Virus record (IMG/VR): IMGVR_UViG_3300033498_000048
Coordinates: 192,001 to 256,000 of that record
Reading direction: 5' to 3' (one strand)
From: a virus
Lineage: Duplodnaviria > Caudoviricetes
Length of the DNA stretch: 64,000 bases
Shown here: positions 46,364-56,858 of the stretch, one piece after another
Layout of the letters: the number at the start of each line of letters is the position of its first letter
Position numbering within the stretch: position 1 is the first letter of the stretch
Translations under genes and position numbers: made by a program
The notes under the pieces: generated by a model
Told to the model about the DNA's origin: nothing
The model's input: only the letters and a program-made list of their open reading frames with translations
Databases searched by the model: none

Positions 46364-47986
46364 TTAAACTTGTATTTTTATTATTTCTGGGTCAATGGTT
46401 TTATAGTTTTTAATTCCAATAGAATATATTGAATCAAGGCTAATGTTTCCAAAATCTGATATTGTATATTTGAAAGTACCATCGAATTTGAAATATTCAA
46501 TGTTATTTATATCAAATAATAAACTATCGTTAATGTAATGTTGATTCTTAATTATTTCCATTGTTGAATTAACATCAATCATATCAATAGTTGGTAATAT
46601 CCTATTGATTTGTTTTGATATTAGTAACTCAATATCTATACCATTCAATTGGATTTCATCATTAATAATATGAACTTTAAACTTATTGAATCCTACTGGA
46701 TGTAATAATTCATCCACAATTTTATCAATCCGTGAATTGGAAATCGTACTGTGAACTTCATATGAATATTGTTGATATTTGTTTCCATCAAATATAATCG
46801 AACCATATCCAATAAACTTATTATCATTGATGTGTGTTAATTCAGTTTCATATACGCAATTGTGTAATTGAATATCGAGTATTGCAGAGTTACCATTATC
46901 AGTTAAAATACTAACACCAATAGAGTTTGTATTGGAACCCCAGTATTGTTCTTTGATGTCGAAACTCTTTATGCCACCAATTTCATTTGAATTACCAGTT
47001 AATATAGCACCATATCCACCAGATTTGCTATTAACAATTATGTCTGGAAAACTAATATAATCATAGCCAGAACTCCATAGTTTAATATTTGTTATTGTAC
47101 CAGCTTCATTAACACTAACAACTTCAGAATAGAAGCTATGTCCACTAATAGTTGGAATTGTAGTGATACTATCTCCAATAGAATAGCCATATCCACCATT
47201 TACAATATTAACACCTGTAATACCACCAGTAACAACGGACTTAACAACTATGTGTCCATTTATTGTAAACCCATCTAATAAAACAACATCACCGATTTTA
47301 TATCCAATTCCAGGATGTTTTATTTTTACGATTGGATGGTTTAATATTGTTTCAGTAACTGTTTCAGTGTTGTTCCAAATGTCAATTGATTCGCCTGGAA
47401 TATAACTCTTATTAATATTATTGATTAATATTTTGTAATAACATTCACCTTTAATATTAATTGGTGATATTTTATTAATAGTAGTTTCTATTCCACTAGA
47501 TTTACCTGTTACGATTGTGTTTAATAATACGGTATTGTATATGTGTTGGAATGAAATTGATTGAATTGAGTTTCCAGTAGTTAAAATCCATTGGTCTTTA
47601 TAATAGGTTGAATCACTTAAATTAAATACGTTATCACGTTGGTATTGTATATTAACATCAACGTCATATAAAATTCTATACAAATATTTAAAACTACTTT
47701 CACTTCCACGACTTAAATAAAAATCACGCAATGTGTGGACTAATAATTTTCTATCAATTAATGTTTTATGATTCCAACCTAATTCACTTATTATCAAATC
47801 AACATATGGCTCAATATCGTTATTAATTTCTAAGTTATCAGAATATTGTAATAATAATTGTATGTAATTACCATCCAATTCAAGCCATTTGTAAAAATCG
47901 ACTATTAATTGGAACGCACTAGGATAACCATATCGAATAAAGTTTGGTATCTTTGATTTTAATATTGGTACAATTGTTTTTCTCAT
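46364..47986 (-). CDS. gp7: Baseplate wedge initiator (gp7-like)
   Basis: DFYLSRGSESSFKYLYRILY; YQQYSY; LHPVG; GYGY repeats. Confidence 0.75.
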   Translation of the reverse strand: MRKTIVPILKSKIPNFIRYGYPSAFQLIVDFYKWLELDGNYIQLLLQYSDNLEINNDIEPYVDLIISELGWNHKTLIDRKLLVHTLRDFYLSRGSESSFKYLYRILYDVDVNIQYQRDNVFNLSDSTYYKDQWILTTGNSIQSISFQHIYNTVLLNTIVTGKSSGIETTINKISPINIKGECYYKILINNINKSYIPGESIDIWNNTETVTETILNHPIVKIKHPGIGYKIGDVVLLDGFTINGHIVVKSVVTGGITGVNIVNGGYGYSIGDSITTIPTISGHSFYSEVVSVNEAGTITNIKLWSSGYDYISFPDIIVNSKSGGYGAILTGNSNEIGGIKSFDIKEQYWGSNTNSIGVSILTDNGNSAILDIQLHNCVYETELTHINDNKFIGYGSIIFDGNKYQQYSYEVHSTISNSRIDKIVDELLHPVGFNKFKVHIINDEIQLNGIDIELLISKQINRILPTIDMIDVNSTMEIIKNQHYINDSLLFDINNIEYFKFDGTFKYTISDFGNISLDSIYSIGIKNYKTIDPEIIKIQV

Positions 47987-49779
47987 TAATATCGAACCTC
48001 AACTTTTACACTTGAAATGTTTACAATATTGTATAAGTATGTTTCAATATCAGGTAATTTTGGTTTAGCGTAAATAATGATTGTTCCATGTGTACCATAA
48101 TCTATTGAACTTGTAATGTTTTGTTCAATAATCAGTTTAATTAAACCTTTAACATAATCAATTTCACCTATTGGACTATTTACTATAACTGACTTTGTTA
48201 CACTATTAGAAATAAAAACACTACCACCAATATCGCTAGACAACACACAATCAATCCCACCATATTTAAATGTGGAACTTGTAATACTTTCATTACCATT
48301 TAATTGGTTTCCAAATGCTATTAAATATTGTGAAGAGCTTAAATATACAATATTAAATGATTTTGATATTGTTGATTCACTATAAATTCGTGATATGTAC
48401 AATTCACCATTTTTAATATAATCTAACAAATCAATATTGCTTAATCCACGTTCAAATTTACTTAAATGTGCTTTATTGTACACATTAACTTTATTTGAAA
48501 TTAGTTTTTGTATTTCGCCGTTTGATTTGTTTGTCATGGTTGGGTCAACTTTGACGTGTATTGATAATTGGACATCAATATATTCAGGGTCTATTAATTT
48601 AACATTAGTTCCTATTACACCATTTTGTGATAATAATTTGTTAATTTCTTGTTTCGCTGCTATGCCGATATTGTTGTTTAGTTTCGGCTTAATGCTAATG
48701 TATATTGAGCCATAATCTGGAGGAATGTTTTTTTCACCACCCCATATATTAATACTATCAATATCCCTATAAGTGTCTAATATTATGCTCTTATAATCAG
48801 ATTCAGTAACAACTCGTTTTTGTCGTTTGAAGTTTGCTGGAATATTAGTCCGCAAACTTTGAATTGACTCTGCATTGATTCCGCCACTTGATTTTTCTAT
48901 TATTGTTACTAAGAAGTTCAAATATGCACCTGTTGTACCAGCATCTAAAATAGATGGACGTTGATATGCCATTTTAGTACAACCGTTTCCATCTGGACCA
49001 GACGTGCTTAAATAAACCATTTCAATCATAGAATTATTTAATGGTTGATTACCAATAATGTTGTTTCCAAACATTATTTCATATAATCCCTCTATATTAG
49101 AGCTTAAATAAAACACTTTATCGTTTTTGTTAATATCAAAAACATCATTGACTAATATATATTCGTCCCTATTAGTTGAAGATGAGTCTGGATAAACATA
49201 TACTCGCAATGTTTCATAATCAATGTTAATATCATTAATTACAAATCTTTGGTTCTGAACATCGGATTTTACTATCATTTTCCATGATTTTAAACTTCCC
49301 TCATAAACGGTAAAGTGTGGAGATGTATAATAAACTTGTGTTCCATTAACTATTCTATTGTGACAAATAACATCTTCTAAATTGTAAAAAGTTCTTGAAT
49401 CATTTGACACGTTTATTCCAGATAACAAACTATATTTTGGAATAATTATGGTTTTGTTATCTGGTTCAGGTAAACTATCTAAATTTATTTGTAAACTAAC
49501 AACTGCTCTCGATGCACGTTTCCCCTTTGGTAAATACCCATTTAGTTTGGCTTTACTCATTAAGCTTTCGCGTTTTGTAGCTCCATCAATAAAGCTTTCC
49601 GTGTATGCCATTTTTATGTAATATCCCATATAATGTGCAATATATGCAAACAAATTCATTAATGAACTAATGCCACTAGCTTCAAAATTATAATCTGTGT
49701 AATAGCTTTTGGTTTTTAAATATGAAATAAAATTGGACTTTATCTCATCAAAATCTAATCCGTTTATTGGTAATTGCAT
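47986..49779 (-). CDS. gp6: Baseplate wedge protein (gp6)
   Basis: LDFDEIKSN; DYNFEASG; RVVTESDY; WGGEKN.PPDYG.IYISIKP. Confidence 0.95.
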   Translation of the reverse strand: MQLPINGLDFDEIKSNFISYLKTKSYYTDYNFEASGISSLMNLFAYIAHYMGYYIKMAYTESFIDGATKRESLMSKAKLNGYLPKGKRASRAVVSLQINLDSLPEPDNKTIIIPKYSLLSGINVSNDSRTFYNLEDVICHNRIVNGTQVYYTSPHFTVYEGSLKSWKMIVKSDVQNQRFVINDINIDYETLRVYVYPDSSSTNRDEYILVNDVFDINKNDKVFYLSSNIEGLYEIMFGNNIIGNQPLNNSMIEMVYLSTSGPDGNGCTKMAYQRPSILDAGTTGAYLNFLVTIIEKSSGGINAESIQSLRTNIPANFKRQKRVVTESDYKSIILDTYRDIDSINIWGGEKNIPPDYGSIYISIKPKLNNNIGIAAKQEINKLLSQNGVIGTNVKLIDPEYIDVQLSIHVKVDPTMTNKSNGEIQKLISNKVNVYNKAHLSKFERGLSNIDLLDYIKNGELYISRIYSESTISKSFNIVYLSSSQYLIAFGNQLNGNESITSSTFKYGGIDCVLSSDIGGSVFISNSVTKSVIVNSPIGEIDYVKGLIKLIIEQNITSSIDYGTHGTIIIYAKPKLPDIETYLYNIVNISSVKVEVRY

Positions 49780-50174
49780 TATCTAATCCTCTGAATCACA
49801 TAATTAAAAGTTTCTTGCCTATTCAAATTTAATATCTCATAAAATATTGTTATGTCATATGCGTTTCCATCTGGTAATAAAACAACCGTAACATCCATTA
49901 CCTTAATTCTAGGTTCAACTGCACCAATTAACCATTCAATTCTTGATTTTAATGTCGATGCAATTAATACAGATGGATTCTCAAATAACAATTCTTTGAT
50001 GTAATTCTTATATTTGCTATTGAATGGAACATCCCATATTTCCCATAAAAATATCGTGCGTAAGCTCCGTCTAATTGCTTCTTCATTTATTTTCGTTGTT
50101 ATGTCTCCAGTTAATGGGTGTATCGTCAATGATAAATCTACATCACGATATATTATTAAATCTGTGTTTTTCAT
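49779..50174 (-). CDS. gp25: Baseplate wedge subunit (gp25)
   Basis: YRDVDLSL..HPLTGDI..KINEEAIRRSL; EPRI. Confidence 0.93.
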   Translation of the reverse strand: MKNTDLIIYRDVDLSLTIHPLTGDITTKINEEAIRRSLRTIFLWEIWDVPFNSKYKNYIKELLFENPSVLIASTLKSRIEWLIGAVEPRIKVMDVTVVLLPDGNAYDITIFYEILNLNRQETFNYVIQRIR

Positions 50175-50284
50175 TTGGCATTATCTGGTTGTTATACTAA
50201 TTTCATATTTATGTGAATATAGTTGTTGACTAGGTATTTAATATTTTGTTATACTATTGACATTCAAATAGACTAGCTTATCAG

Positions 50285-50584
50285 GTGGGTGTTATGACAA
50301 CTTCAAAAGAATTTTTAAAAGCTATAAAAACCGAAATGAAAAAAAATGGTGGAGATGATTGGTCGGCAATAAACAAAGTAAGTTCCACAGTAAAACGTGG
50401 AGAAGAAGATGATTGGGATATTGCTAGACTGGCAATTATAGGATTAACATCAACACAAGCAGCACAAAAAGCTAAAGCAGCAGCAAAAAGAATTGAGAAG
50501 GAATTTAATTCAAAAGAAGTTCAAGGCTATTTAAAAGTAATGCACGGCTCAAAAGATTTTTATTCTAATAACGCTGTAGCTTAA
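50285..50584 (+). CDS. Hypothetical protein
   Basis: 99 aa, downstream of a TTGACT-18-TATACT promoter-like motif; true start probably the ATG of MTTSK. Confidence 0.55.
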   Translation: MGVMTTSKEFLKAIKTEMKKNGGDDWSAINKVSSTVKRGEEDDWDIARLAIIGLTSTQAAQKAKAAAKRIEKEFNSKEVQGYLKVMHGSKDFYSNNAVA

Positions 50585-50655
50585 AAAACCCGTCCGTCAG
50601 TGGCATCATAACTGGTAAAAAACAAGTAAAATAATAATTTTTAGGAGTAAACATC

Positions 50656-50841
50656 ATGTCAATATTCATACCATCCATAAAACACACAAACGGTTACATT
50701 GAGGTTTTTACAACAAAATATGGTGGGATGTTCTTTGACGACATAGTACACGCATCACTATATGTAAGCGACCATACCAATGAATTTTGGCATTGCACAT
50801 CAAAAGGAGTGGCTAAAAATAGAGCAAACGAAACTATTTAA
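50656..50841 (+). CDS. Hypothetical protein
   Basis: 61 aa, AGGAG RBS. Confidence 0.6.
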   Translation: MSIFIPSIKHTNGYIEVFTTKYGGMFFDDIVHASLYVSDHTNEFWHCTSKGVAKNRANETI

Positions 50842-50880
50842 AGCATTTTTTATTGAAGTTTAACATAAAGGAAATGTATC

Positions 50881-51045
50881 GTGGAAACATTTGAATATGT
50901 TGAAGGCTTTTTAGCAGCTAAAAATGATTTAATGTATGGTAGCAACCCATATCAAGACCCCGTAAAAAAATTGTCGTGGTCTAAAGGTCATAACGACTTT
51001 AGAGTAAAACAAAAAACAACAAAGTCGAAGAAAATAGCAAAATAA
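50881..51045 (+). CDS. Small ORF (54 aa) with an Rmf-like motif; absent from the ORF track
   Basis: GTG start 8 nt after AAGGA: VETFEYVEGFLAAKNDLMYGSNPYQDPVKKLSWSKGHND...; hairpin follows the stop. Confidence 0.5.
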   Translation: METFEYVEGFLAAKNDLMYGSNPYQDPVKKLSWSKGHNDFRVKQKTTKSKKIAK

Positions 51046-51123
51046 GCAAACTAGTGATAGGTTTGCTTATTTGAATGGAAATTGTATTCTGTCTAATACC
51101 AATCAAGCACACATAGCTCAAAA

Positions 51124-51558
51124 TTAAGGGCAAACAGCTCTCAGGATTCTCATTTGACCCGCAAGAATCTTGGGCGCACCATCTCCATTGGAAACTGTTT
51201 TTGAAGTTGTAAGAAATGAAATATAATACAGATTTCCTGCTGTTGCTGCATCGTGTAACCCAGCCCCGACAATAGTTCCCCAATTTGCGGAAGGAACACC
51301 GAAAACCAATTCTTGTAGGTTGCTATATTCAAGGTTAGCTCCAGATGGACCCTGCCAACCATTTGATGCTAATATTTGAACCCTAGCATAGTTAGTTCCA
51401 ACAGTTGATACTTCAACTCCTCCAGTACCATCAAGTGACGGAGTTGAGGTGAATAGTGAAACCCACAACGATGTTGGAGGAGTGAATACGGGGGTATTCT
51501 TTAATAAGTAGTCCATAGACTTCTGATAATAAAAATTTGATGTGGTACTAGATGGCAT
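51124..51558 (-). CDS. Phage tail/virion protein
   Basis: LWVSLFTSTP; GTNYARV; NWGTIVGAGLHDAATAGN; TATAAATA at 51592-51599. Confidence 0.8.
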   Translation of the reverse strand: MPSSTTSNFYYQKSMDYLLKNTPVFTPPTSLWVSLFTSTPSLDGTGGVEVSTVGTNYARVQILASNGWQGPSGANLEYSNLQELVFGVPSANWGTIVGAGLHDAATAGNLYYISFLTTSKTVSNGDGAPKILAGQMRILRAVCP

Positions 51559-52228
51559 TTTTTTTCTCCGTCATTAATAATAGTATTACTATATTTATAC
51601 AAACATTGACACGTTATATTTAATATTTTGGAGGTCCGATACGAGTTATTTAACAGAGGAAAGTTTGGGTTTACATTTGCATGAAATGTTCGGTGTAGAC
51701 TTTATACACAACAGAATAGTACAAAAATCGACCTGATTATAGGAATGACGCATTAAACCTAATAATTGAATTTGATGGATATAGACATTTTAATTCTACT
51801 GAAGTGATAACTTTAAAGATTCTGTATATGTGTAAATTTAGGTTACACTATAGTAGTAAAGTCATACTGGTATTAAAACGTTCTTTGAAAATACTTCATA
51901 GCTCATGTTGTCTGGAACAACATCTTTTGTTAATTGTGAATAGTATTTCACCGAGTTGTACACTTTATATACACTATTCCATTTACAGTTACAACTTTCA
52001 TGTTTTTACCATCAGCACCTTTAAACATTTTAGTCCGAACGCTATTATTTGTTGACATTTGTATTATCTCCACGTTTCGTTTTAAGATTGGAATTACATT
52101 GTAGTGCTTATTTTACACTAAACATTAAAACGATGTCAAATTTATTTTATCTAAATTAATGGACGTGTATCAAGTTCGGGTTTAATCACATGGAACAGTT
52201 ATCACCCCTTTGGAAATATGGTGAAATC

Positions 52229-52420
52229 TCATACTTGTTTACCATAATCAACATATCGTTGTTCTAAGTCAGATTCCCAATCTTTAATTGTTTCAACAAG
52301 TAAAGAATTATGACTTCTTTTGATGTCACGTTTTGCACCGTCAATTGCTTTAATAAGACCAGATTGTCTACGTTTTTCTTGGGCTATCAAATTAGCAATT
52401 TGTTGTTTGTTAGTTGTCAT
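52229..52420 (-). CDS. Hypothetical protein
   Basis: 63-aa coiled-coil ORF. Confidence 0.5.
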   Translation of the reverse strand: MTTNKQQIANLIAQEKRRQSGLIKAIDGAKRDIKRSHNSLLVETIKDWESDLEQRYVDYGKQV

Positions 52421-52476
52421 GTTGTTTCCAGGTATTGTAATTGATTCAAGTTATTGGAACATATAATAAAGTACCA

Positions 52477-52665
52477 CTACTCCTCGAAATATTCGTTTTT
52501 AACCACATTGTGGACCAATTGTCTGTTGATTGCACGTTCACGCTGCCTTGATAATAACTTATTAATGGAGCAATAGGCTTGCTGTGATAACGGTCTACGA
52601 GACCATAAATCACGCCCTTGATGTTGCGTTTTTTGATTTCTATGGTGTAATGTCCTAGCCATCAA
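52477..52665 (-). CDS. Small basic hypothetical protein
   Basis: 62 aa, GGAG RBS, Arg-rich. Confidence 0.55.
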   Translation of the reverse strand: MMARTLHHRNQKTQHQGRDLWSRRPLSQQAYCSINKLLSRQRERAINRQLVHNVVKNEYFEE

Positions 52666-52728
52666 GTTTTCTCCTAAATTATTCGTTTTTTGTCAATTAT
52701 AATTTGGTATAATGAAGCGTGGTTTCCA

Positions 52729-54279
52729 TCATTTGATTCTTTCTATCAAATTGATATATTCGGTTGTTTTGTTACCAACTACTAATCCCTTTGTTCTATT
52801 GTATAACAACGGCATTACTGGTTCTAAACATTCAATAAGGAATAAAAATAATCTAAAACAATCCGAACATACTTCATGGCTATTATCACTCAAATTCCAA
52901 GGTTTGTTGTTATCTATGTAACAATTGATAATGGTAGCATTACCTAATATTATTTTTATTGCCTCAGAGTATTTTAATTCTGTGTATTTATCGAATATGA
53001 TTTGTCTATCATTAATTATATGTTCATAAAACACAGTATCAGATATTTCTGATAATTGACTACCGAACTTATTATTTAATAACGCAATTGTTCGACTACC
53101 AATATTAATTAACTTTCCAATTAATTCATTGTTTATTTTAACAACAAAATCATCATAAGTAAAGTCTATATCATTAATAGTATCATCCAATTTATAAGCA
53201 AAATAAAAACGTAATAATTCTGGGTCATACTTATCACCGAATTTCTTCCCTGTAATAAAAGAGCCTTTTGATTTACTCATTTTATTTTTATTAACGGTTA
53301 AAAATCCATGCGTTGCTAATTTTGTTGGTAATCTATAATTATTACCTTTTAGTATAGCTACCCAAAATAATGCGTGAAAGTAAATAATATCTTTACCTAT
53401 AAATTGGATCAACTCAGTCGACTCTTCTCTCCAATCATTTTTATAATCCAGTCCGATGCCATCAAGATATTCCTTATGGCTTGAAATATATGCTATAGGA
53501 GCGTCAAACCACACATAAAAACATTTATCCAAATCTGGAATATCAAATCCAAAATATGGTTTATCCCTAGTCAAGTCCCAATCAAGTAATGGCTCATCAA
53601 ACCATTCTAATAATTTATCTTTTAATTGATTACTAATCGCTTTACTATCAATAAACTCCAATAAGGTATCTCTGAACGATTCAATGTTTAAGAAACAATG
53701 ACTACTTGATTTGTTGATAATACTATGAGTGCTTTCTTTGACTACAATCGGATTAATCAAATCAATAGCAGAATAAACACTTTGGCAGTTGTCGCAACCA
53801 TCACCCCATTGTGAATGACTCCCACATTTTGGGCATATCCCCTTGACTTCTCTATCAGATAAAAACTTCTTATCATACTCATCAAATAATTGTTTTACTT
53901 CTTTTTCTATGATATATCCGTTTGCTTTTAACGTATTGAAAAAGTCAATAGTTAATTTTTCATTTTCTTTAGAATTTGTACTAGAGAAAATATCAAAATT
54001 TACACCAAATTTTTCTAAATCAAATAAATGTTCATTTCTAATCTTATCAATATAATCAACTTCTGATAAGTTTTCGTTTTGAGAGCTGATAGTAATTGCT
54101 GTTCCATGTGAATCGGACGCACATATAAAATCAACTTCATATCCATCTAATCGTTTAGCTCTAACAAAAATATCCGATTGGATATATTCCAGTAAATGAC
54201 CCAAATGAATATCACCATTTGCATAAGGCAATGCGCTGGTTACAACTATTTTATTTTTCATATCTCTTTGTCCAAACAT
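52729..54279 (-). CDS. metG: Methionyl-tRNA synthetase (monomeric; no C-terminal dimerisation domain)
   Basis: TSALPYANGDIHLGH (HIGH); Zn knuckle CPKC..CDNC; YVWFDAPIAY; FIGKDIIYFHALFW; KMSKS. Start may be ATG 54261. Confidence 0.95.
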   Translation of the reverse strand: MFGQRDMKNKIVVTSALPYANGDIHLGHLLEYIQSDIFVRAKRLDGYEVDFICASDSHGTAITISSQNENLSEVDYIDKIRNEHLFDLEKFGVNFDIFSSTNSKENEKLTIDFFNTLKANGYIIEKEVKQLFDEYDKKFLSDREVKGICPKCGSHSQWGDGCDNCQSVYSAIDLINPIVVKESTHSIINKSSSHCFLNIESFRDTLLEFIDSKAISNQLKDKLLEWFDEPLLDWDLTRDKPYFGFDIPDLDKCFYVWFDAPIAYISSHKEYLDGIGLDYKNDWREESTELIQFIGKDIIYFHALFWVAILKGNNYRLPTKLATHGFLTVNKNKMSKSKGSFITGKKFGDKYDPELLRFYFAYKLDDTINDIDFTYDDFVVKINNELIGKLINIGSRTIALLNNKFGSQLSEISDTVFYEHIINDRQIIFDKYTELKYSEAIKIILGNATIINCYIDNNKPWNLSDNSHEVCSDCFRLFLFLIECLEPVMPLLYNRTKGLVVGNKTTEYINLIERIK

Positions 54280-54329
54280 TAACTCGTTATTTATTGTTAA
54301 TAATAGCTTTAAAAATTTGCATTATTAAG

Positions 54330-54758
54330 CTAAGACTTAATTAATTTATCAATTATATTGGTAAATTCTGATATTTTATTGTCACAGTCAGTTACCACAG
54401 CTTTTTTATAATCTTCCAATCTAGCCATTACTCCATTCAATAATTCAACATACTTTAACACACATTCTTCACGATTATCAAACACATAAACTGGATTACC
54501 AGTACGACTCTTATATCCAGTGTTATCGAATGGAGCGTGTATGGTTTTTGTCAGTTTGTCATTTTTTAATACAACAAAGTGACAAGAAGAATAATAAATA
54601 GTTTTTTTAGATAACGAATTATCTTGTATCAAAACTTGAACTGGTAAAACATTTCTTGCTGCATTTATGATACTTAAATCGGTTTTTCTATAATCACATA
54701 TCCAAACCTTTTCACCAGTCATTTTTCCACTGGTAATGTCTTCAATTTTAATTTGCAT
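54330..54758 (-). CDS. Hypothetical protein
   Basis: 142-aa ORF. Confidence 0.65.
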   Translation of the reverse strand: MQIKIEDITSGKMTGEKVWICDYRKTDLSIINAARNVLPVQVLIQDNSLSKKTIYYSSCHFVVLKNDKLTKTIHAPFDNTGYKSRTGNPVYVFDNREECVLKYVELLNGVMARLEDYKKAVVTDCDNKISEFTNIIDKLIKS

Positions 54759-54899
54759 TATTTACCACCAACTTTGGAGTTTGGTTAGTTAGAGACTTAG
54801 CACATTTTGATATTAAATCAACAGGTGTATTTCCAACTAGCGAAATGTAATCACAAATCCAAATATATTTACCCTGCTTATGTGTTGTGGTATCGCACA

Positions 54900-55259
54900 T
54901 TATTTAGTCCTATTACGAAGTTGCTTTAACCTAATTACTTCTAATTCAGCTTGTTTGATTTTACTATCAAGATTTTTTACTTGTTTCCTTGCAAGTTTAT
55001 AATCGCGCATAATGTCAATATATTCACTATACAATTTTGACATAGTATCACTCATATTACTGTGGAACGGGTCGATAACCAATCTATGTTCAAGATGTAG
55101 GTCAATATCTTTGTTGGTGTTTTGGATGAGTTTTGATGCAACAGACCCATCTTTAATGGCAGCTTCATACAACCTATATGCAAATCTCAACAACATTGCT
55201 AGCTTTTTATCAACCGTTTCTACGGATGTAACTCCTCTAATGGTTTGGGCTTTACTCAT
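54900..55259 (-). CDS. Hypothetical protein
   Basis: 119 aa, AAGGA RBS. Confidence 0.6.
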   Translation of the reverse strand: MSKAQTIRGVTSVETVDKKLAMLLRFAYRLYEAAIKDGSVASKLIQNTNKDIDLHLEHRLVIDPFHSNMSDTMSKLYSEYIDIMRDYKLARKQVKNLDSKIKQAELEVIRLKQLRNRTK

Positions 55260-55277
55260 ATCATTATCCTTTTTGTG

Positions 55278-55619
55278 TTAGTCTTCAATGTTCCAATTAT
55301 CAATAAAGTTTAATATTACCTTAACGAAGTCTTTAGTTTCATTGTATCTAAAACTCCGTGCTTTAATAGCGTACTTAATATCCCGTACTAAATTGCTTGC
55401 ATTGTGTTGGACTTCTTCAAGTAATTCAATTCGCTTTTCAAGTTTAGTAACCTCAGTTTGCACTTGCTCGAAATCTTCTAATTTACCCTCTAATTCTTCA
55501 ATCAAAGTACATTTCAATTGGTCTGGCAAATCTGCGTATTTGATGATTTCATCTATAGTGAAATTTACTGGCACATAAGTTGTCATGTCTATCCTAATTT
55601 TAAATATTGCACATTGCAC
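55278..55619 (-). CDS. Hypothetical coiled-coil protein
   Basis: Probable start at MTTYV with an AGGA RBS. Confidence 0.55.
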   Translation of the reverse strand: MQCAIFKIRIDMTTYVPVNFTIDEIIKYADLPDQLKCTLIEELEGKLEDFEQVQTEVTKLEKRIELLEEVQHNASNLVRDIKYAIKARSFRYNETKDFVKVILNFIDNWNIED

Positions 55620-55816
55620 AATAACAGTTTTCCAATAGCAGTCAGTTCAATACTTCCGAATGGACCCCTAATAATATAACCTTCTAATTCAAGTTGTTTT
55701 GCTTGTTTTATTGGCATTGTATAGCACGGAATATTACCTCTTTCCATCCCAGCTATTTGTTTTTTAAGATTTTTTATTGCTGATTCAGTTGCCATGTGAT
55801 TGACACTCGACTTCAC
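55589..55816 (-). CDS. Hypothetical protein
   Basis: Member of a run of overlapping small minus-strand ORFs. Confidence 0.45.
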   Translation of the reverse strand: MKSSVNHMATESAIKNLKKQIAGMERGNIPCYTMPIKQAKQLELEGYIIRGPFGSIELTAIGKLLLCNVQYLKLG

Positions 55817-56012
55817 ATTGTTGTGCTAAAAAATATCTCAATTCTGCTGCAATTTTATCAGCAGGATAACCAAGATTCCTTAGCCTGTTAAATTCGGTCA
55901 TTGCTGCGTGTGAGTCTATTGCTTCATCTAGCATTGTTTCAATTAAAATTTCTTTATTCGACATTACTATAACTCCATTTAAAAATATACTTGGATTAAA
56001 CCGTAGTACCAC
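55785..56012 (-). CDS. Hypothetical protein
   Basis: Probable start at MSNKE with a GGAG RBS. Confidence 0.5.
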   Translation of the reverse strand: MVLRFNPSIFLNGVIVMSNKEILIETMLDEAIDSHAAMTEFNRLRNLGYPADKIAAELRYFLAQQCEVECQSHGN

Positions 56013-56094
56013 CCACTTTCATCTTGACTTGCCACCTTAAACCCAGTTTAACAAGCTCTTTTTTAATTCTTCTAGTTCATATTTTGACATTATA

Positions 56095-56313
56095 TTATCC
56101 AGTAACTAACCTTGACATATCAGAAACTATTGCGTTATTGCGAATAAAATCAATAACATTGAATCTTTCGTTTGTGTCGTTAAATTCCAATGCGTCTTTA
56201 CGATTAAAAGTCCAGTAAACCTTTAAACATACAATACTTTTGACATATTTATAAACAGCACCACCAATTCCATGCTCGTCTTTCTCCAACACAGCATAAC
56301 CTATAATTGCCAT
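56095..56313 (-). CDS. Hypothetical protein
   Basis: 72 aa, AGGTG RBS. Confidence 0.55.
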   Translation of the reverse strand: MAIIGYAVLEKDEHGIGGAVYKYVKSIVCLKVYWTFNRKDALEFNDTNERFNVIDFIRNNAIVSDMSRLVTG

Positions 56314-56446
56314 CTTATCACCTTTATTATTGTTAGCGTTTCAATATTTGTGTACTATAACATGATATACAGTCTTAACGCAAGCTTTTATTTTCAAGTT
56401 AATATAAATAAATGTATCAATATGATTATTTTAAGGGGAACTACAA

Positions 56447-56620
56447 ATGGAAGGACAATGGCTTGGAGGTAAGGGTTCAACAACTAGACCTATGCAAGTA
56501 AACCGACAACAGTTTGAAGATAACTGGAACAAGATTTTCAACAAGAAACTGGATAATGCGAATAAATTAATTCCAGTAAATGAAACCATAGTGGAGATTG
56601 TAACAAATGACACAGTATAA
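56447..56620 (+). CDS. Small conserved T4-like phage protein (57 aa); absent from the ORF track
   Basis: MEGQWLGGKGSTTRPMQVNRQQFEDNWNKIF...; AAGGGG RBS; TATAAATA at 56403-56410. Confidence 0.75.
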   Translation: MEGQWLGGKGSTTRPMQVNRQQFEDNWNKIFNKKLDNANKLIPVNETIVEIVTNDTV

Positions 56621-56858
56621 AACATTTAAATCCTTTTGTGAGTCTGTAACAGCGTTGCCTATCTATTTTCTATGTGAAAAGTGTAAAGAATCAGGTATTC
56701 AGGAGTCTGATGAATTTGATATGGAGACTAAAACCTCTAGGCAAGAATATATTACAAAGGGACAAGATAAAATATTTTTAAAGAAAGTTTGTTATGAATG
56801 CAAATCTGAAAGTGGTGTAGACGAGAATTATTTAAAAGGGATACAATATAGTGGTTAA
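56607..56858 (+). CDS. Hypothetical protein with two CxxC pairs
   Basis: CEKC...CYEC; N-terminus MTQYKTFKSFCE. Confidence 0.6.
   Translation: MTQYKTFKSFCESVTALPIYFLCEKCKESGIQESDEFDMETKTSRQEYITKGQDKIFLKKVCYECKSESGVDENYLKGIQYSG

Noticed and set aside
51600-52228. Possible tRNA or ncRNA genes in the ORF-poor stretch
   Set aside because: Only scattered GTTCG-like words; I could not build a cloverleaf or conserved fold. ORF 51804..52055 looks spurious.
54790-54840. Additional copy of the 68-bp repeat
   Set aside because: Only partial arms (gacttagcac; aatcaacagg), without the inverted geometry or 28-bp spacing.
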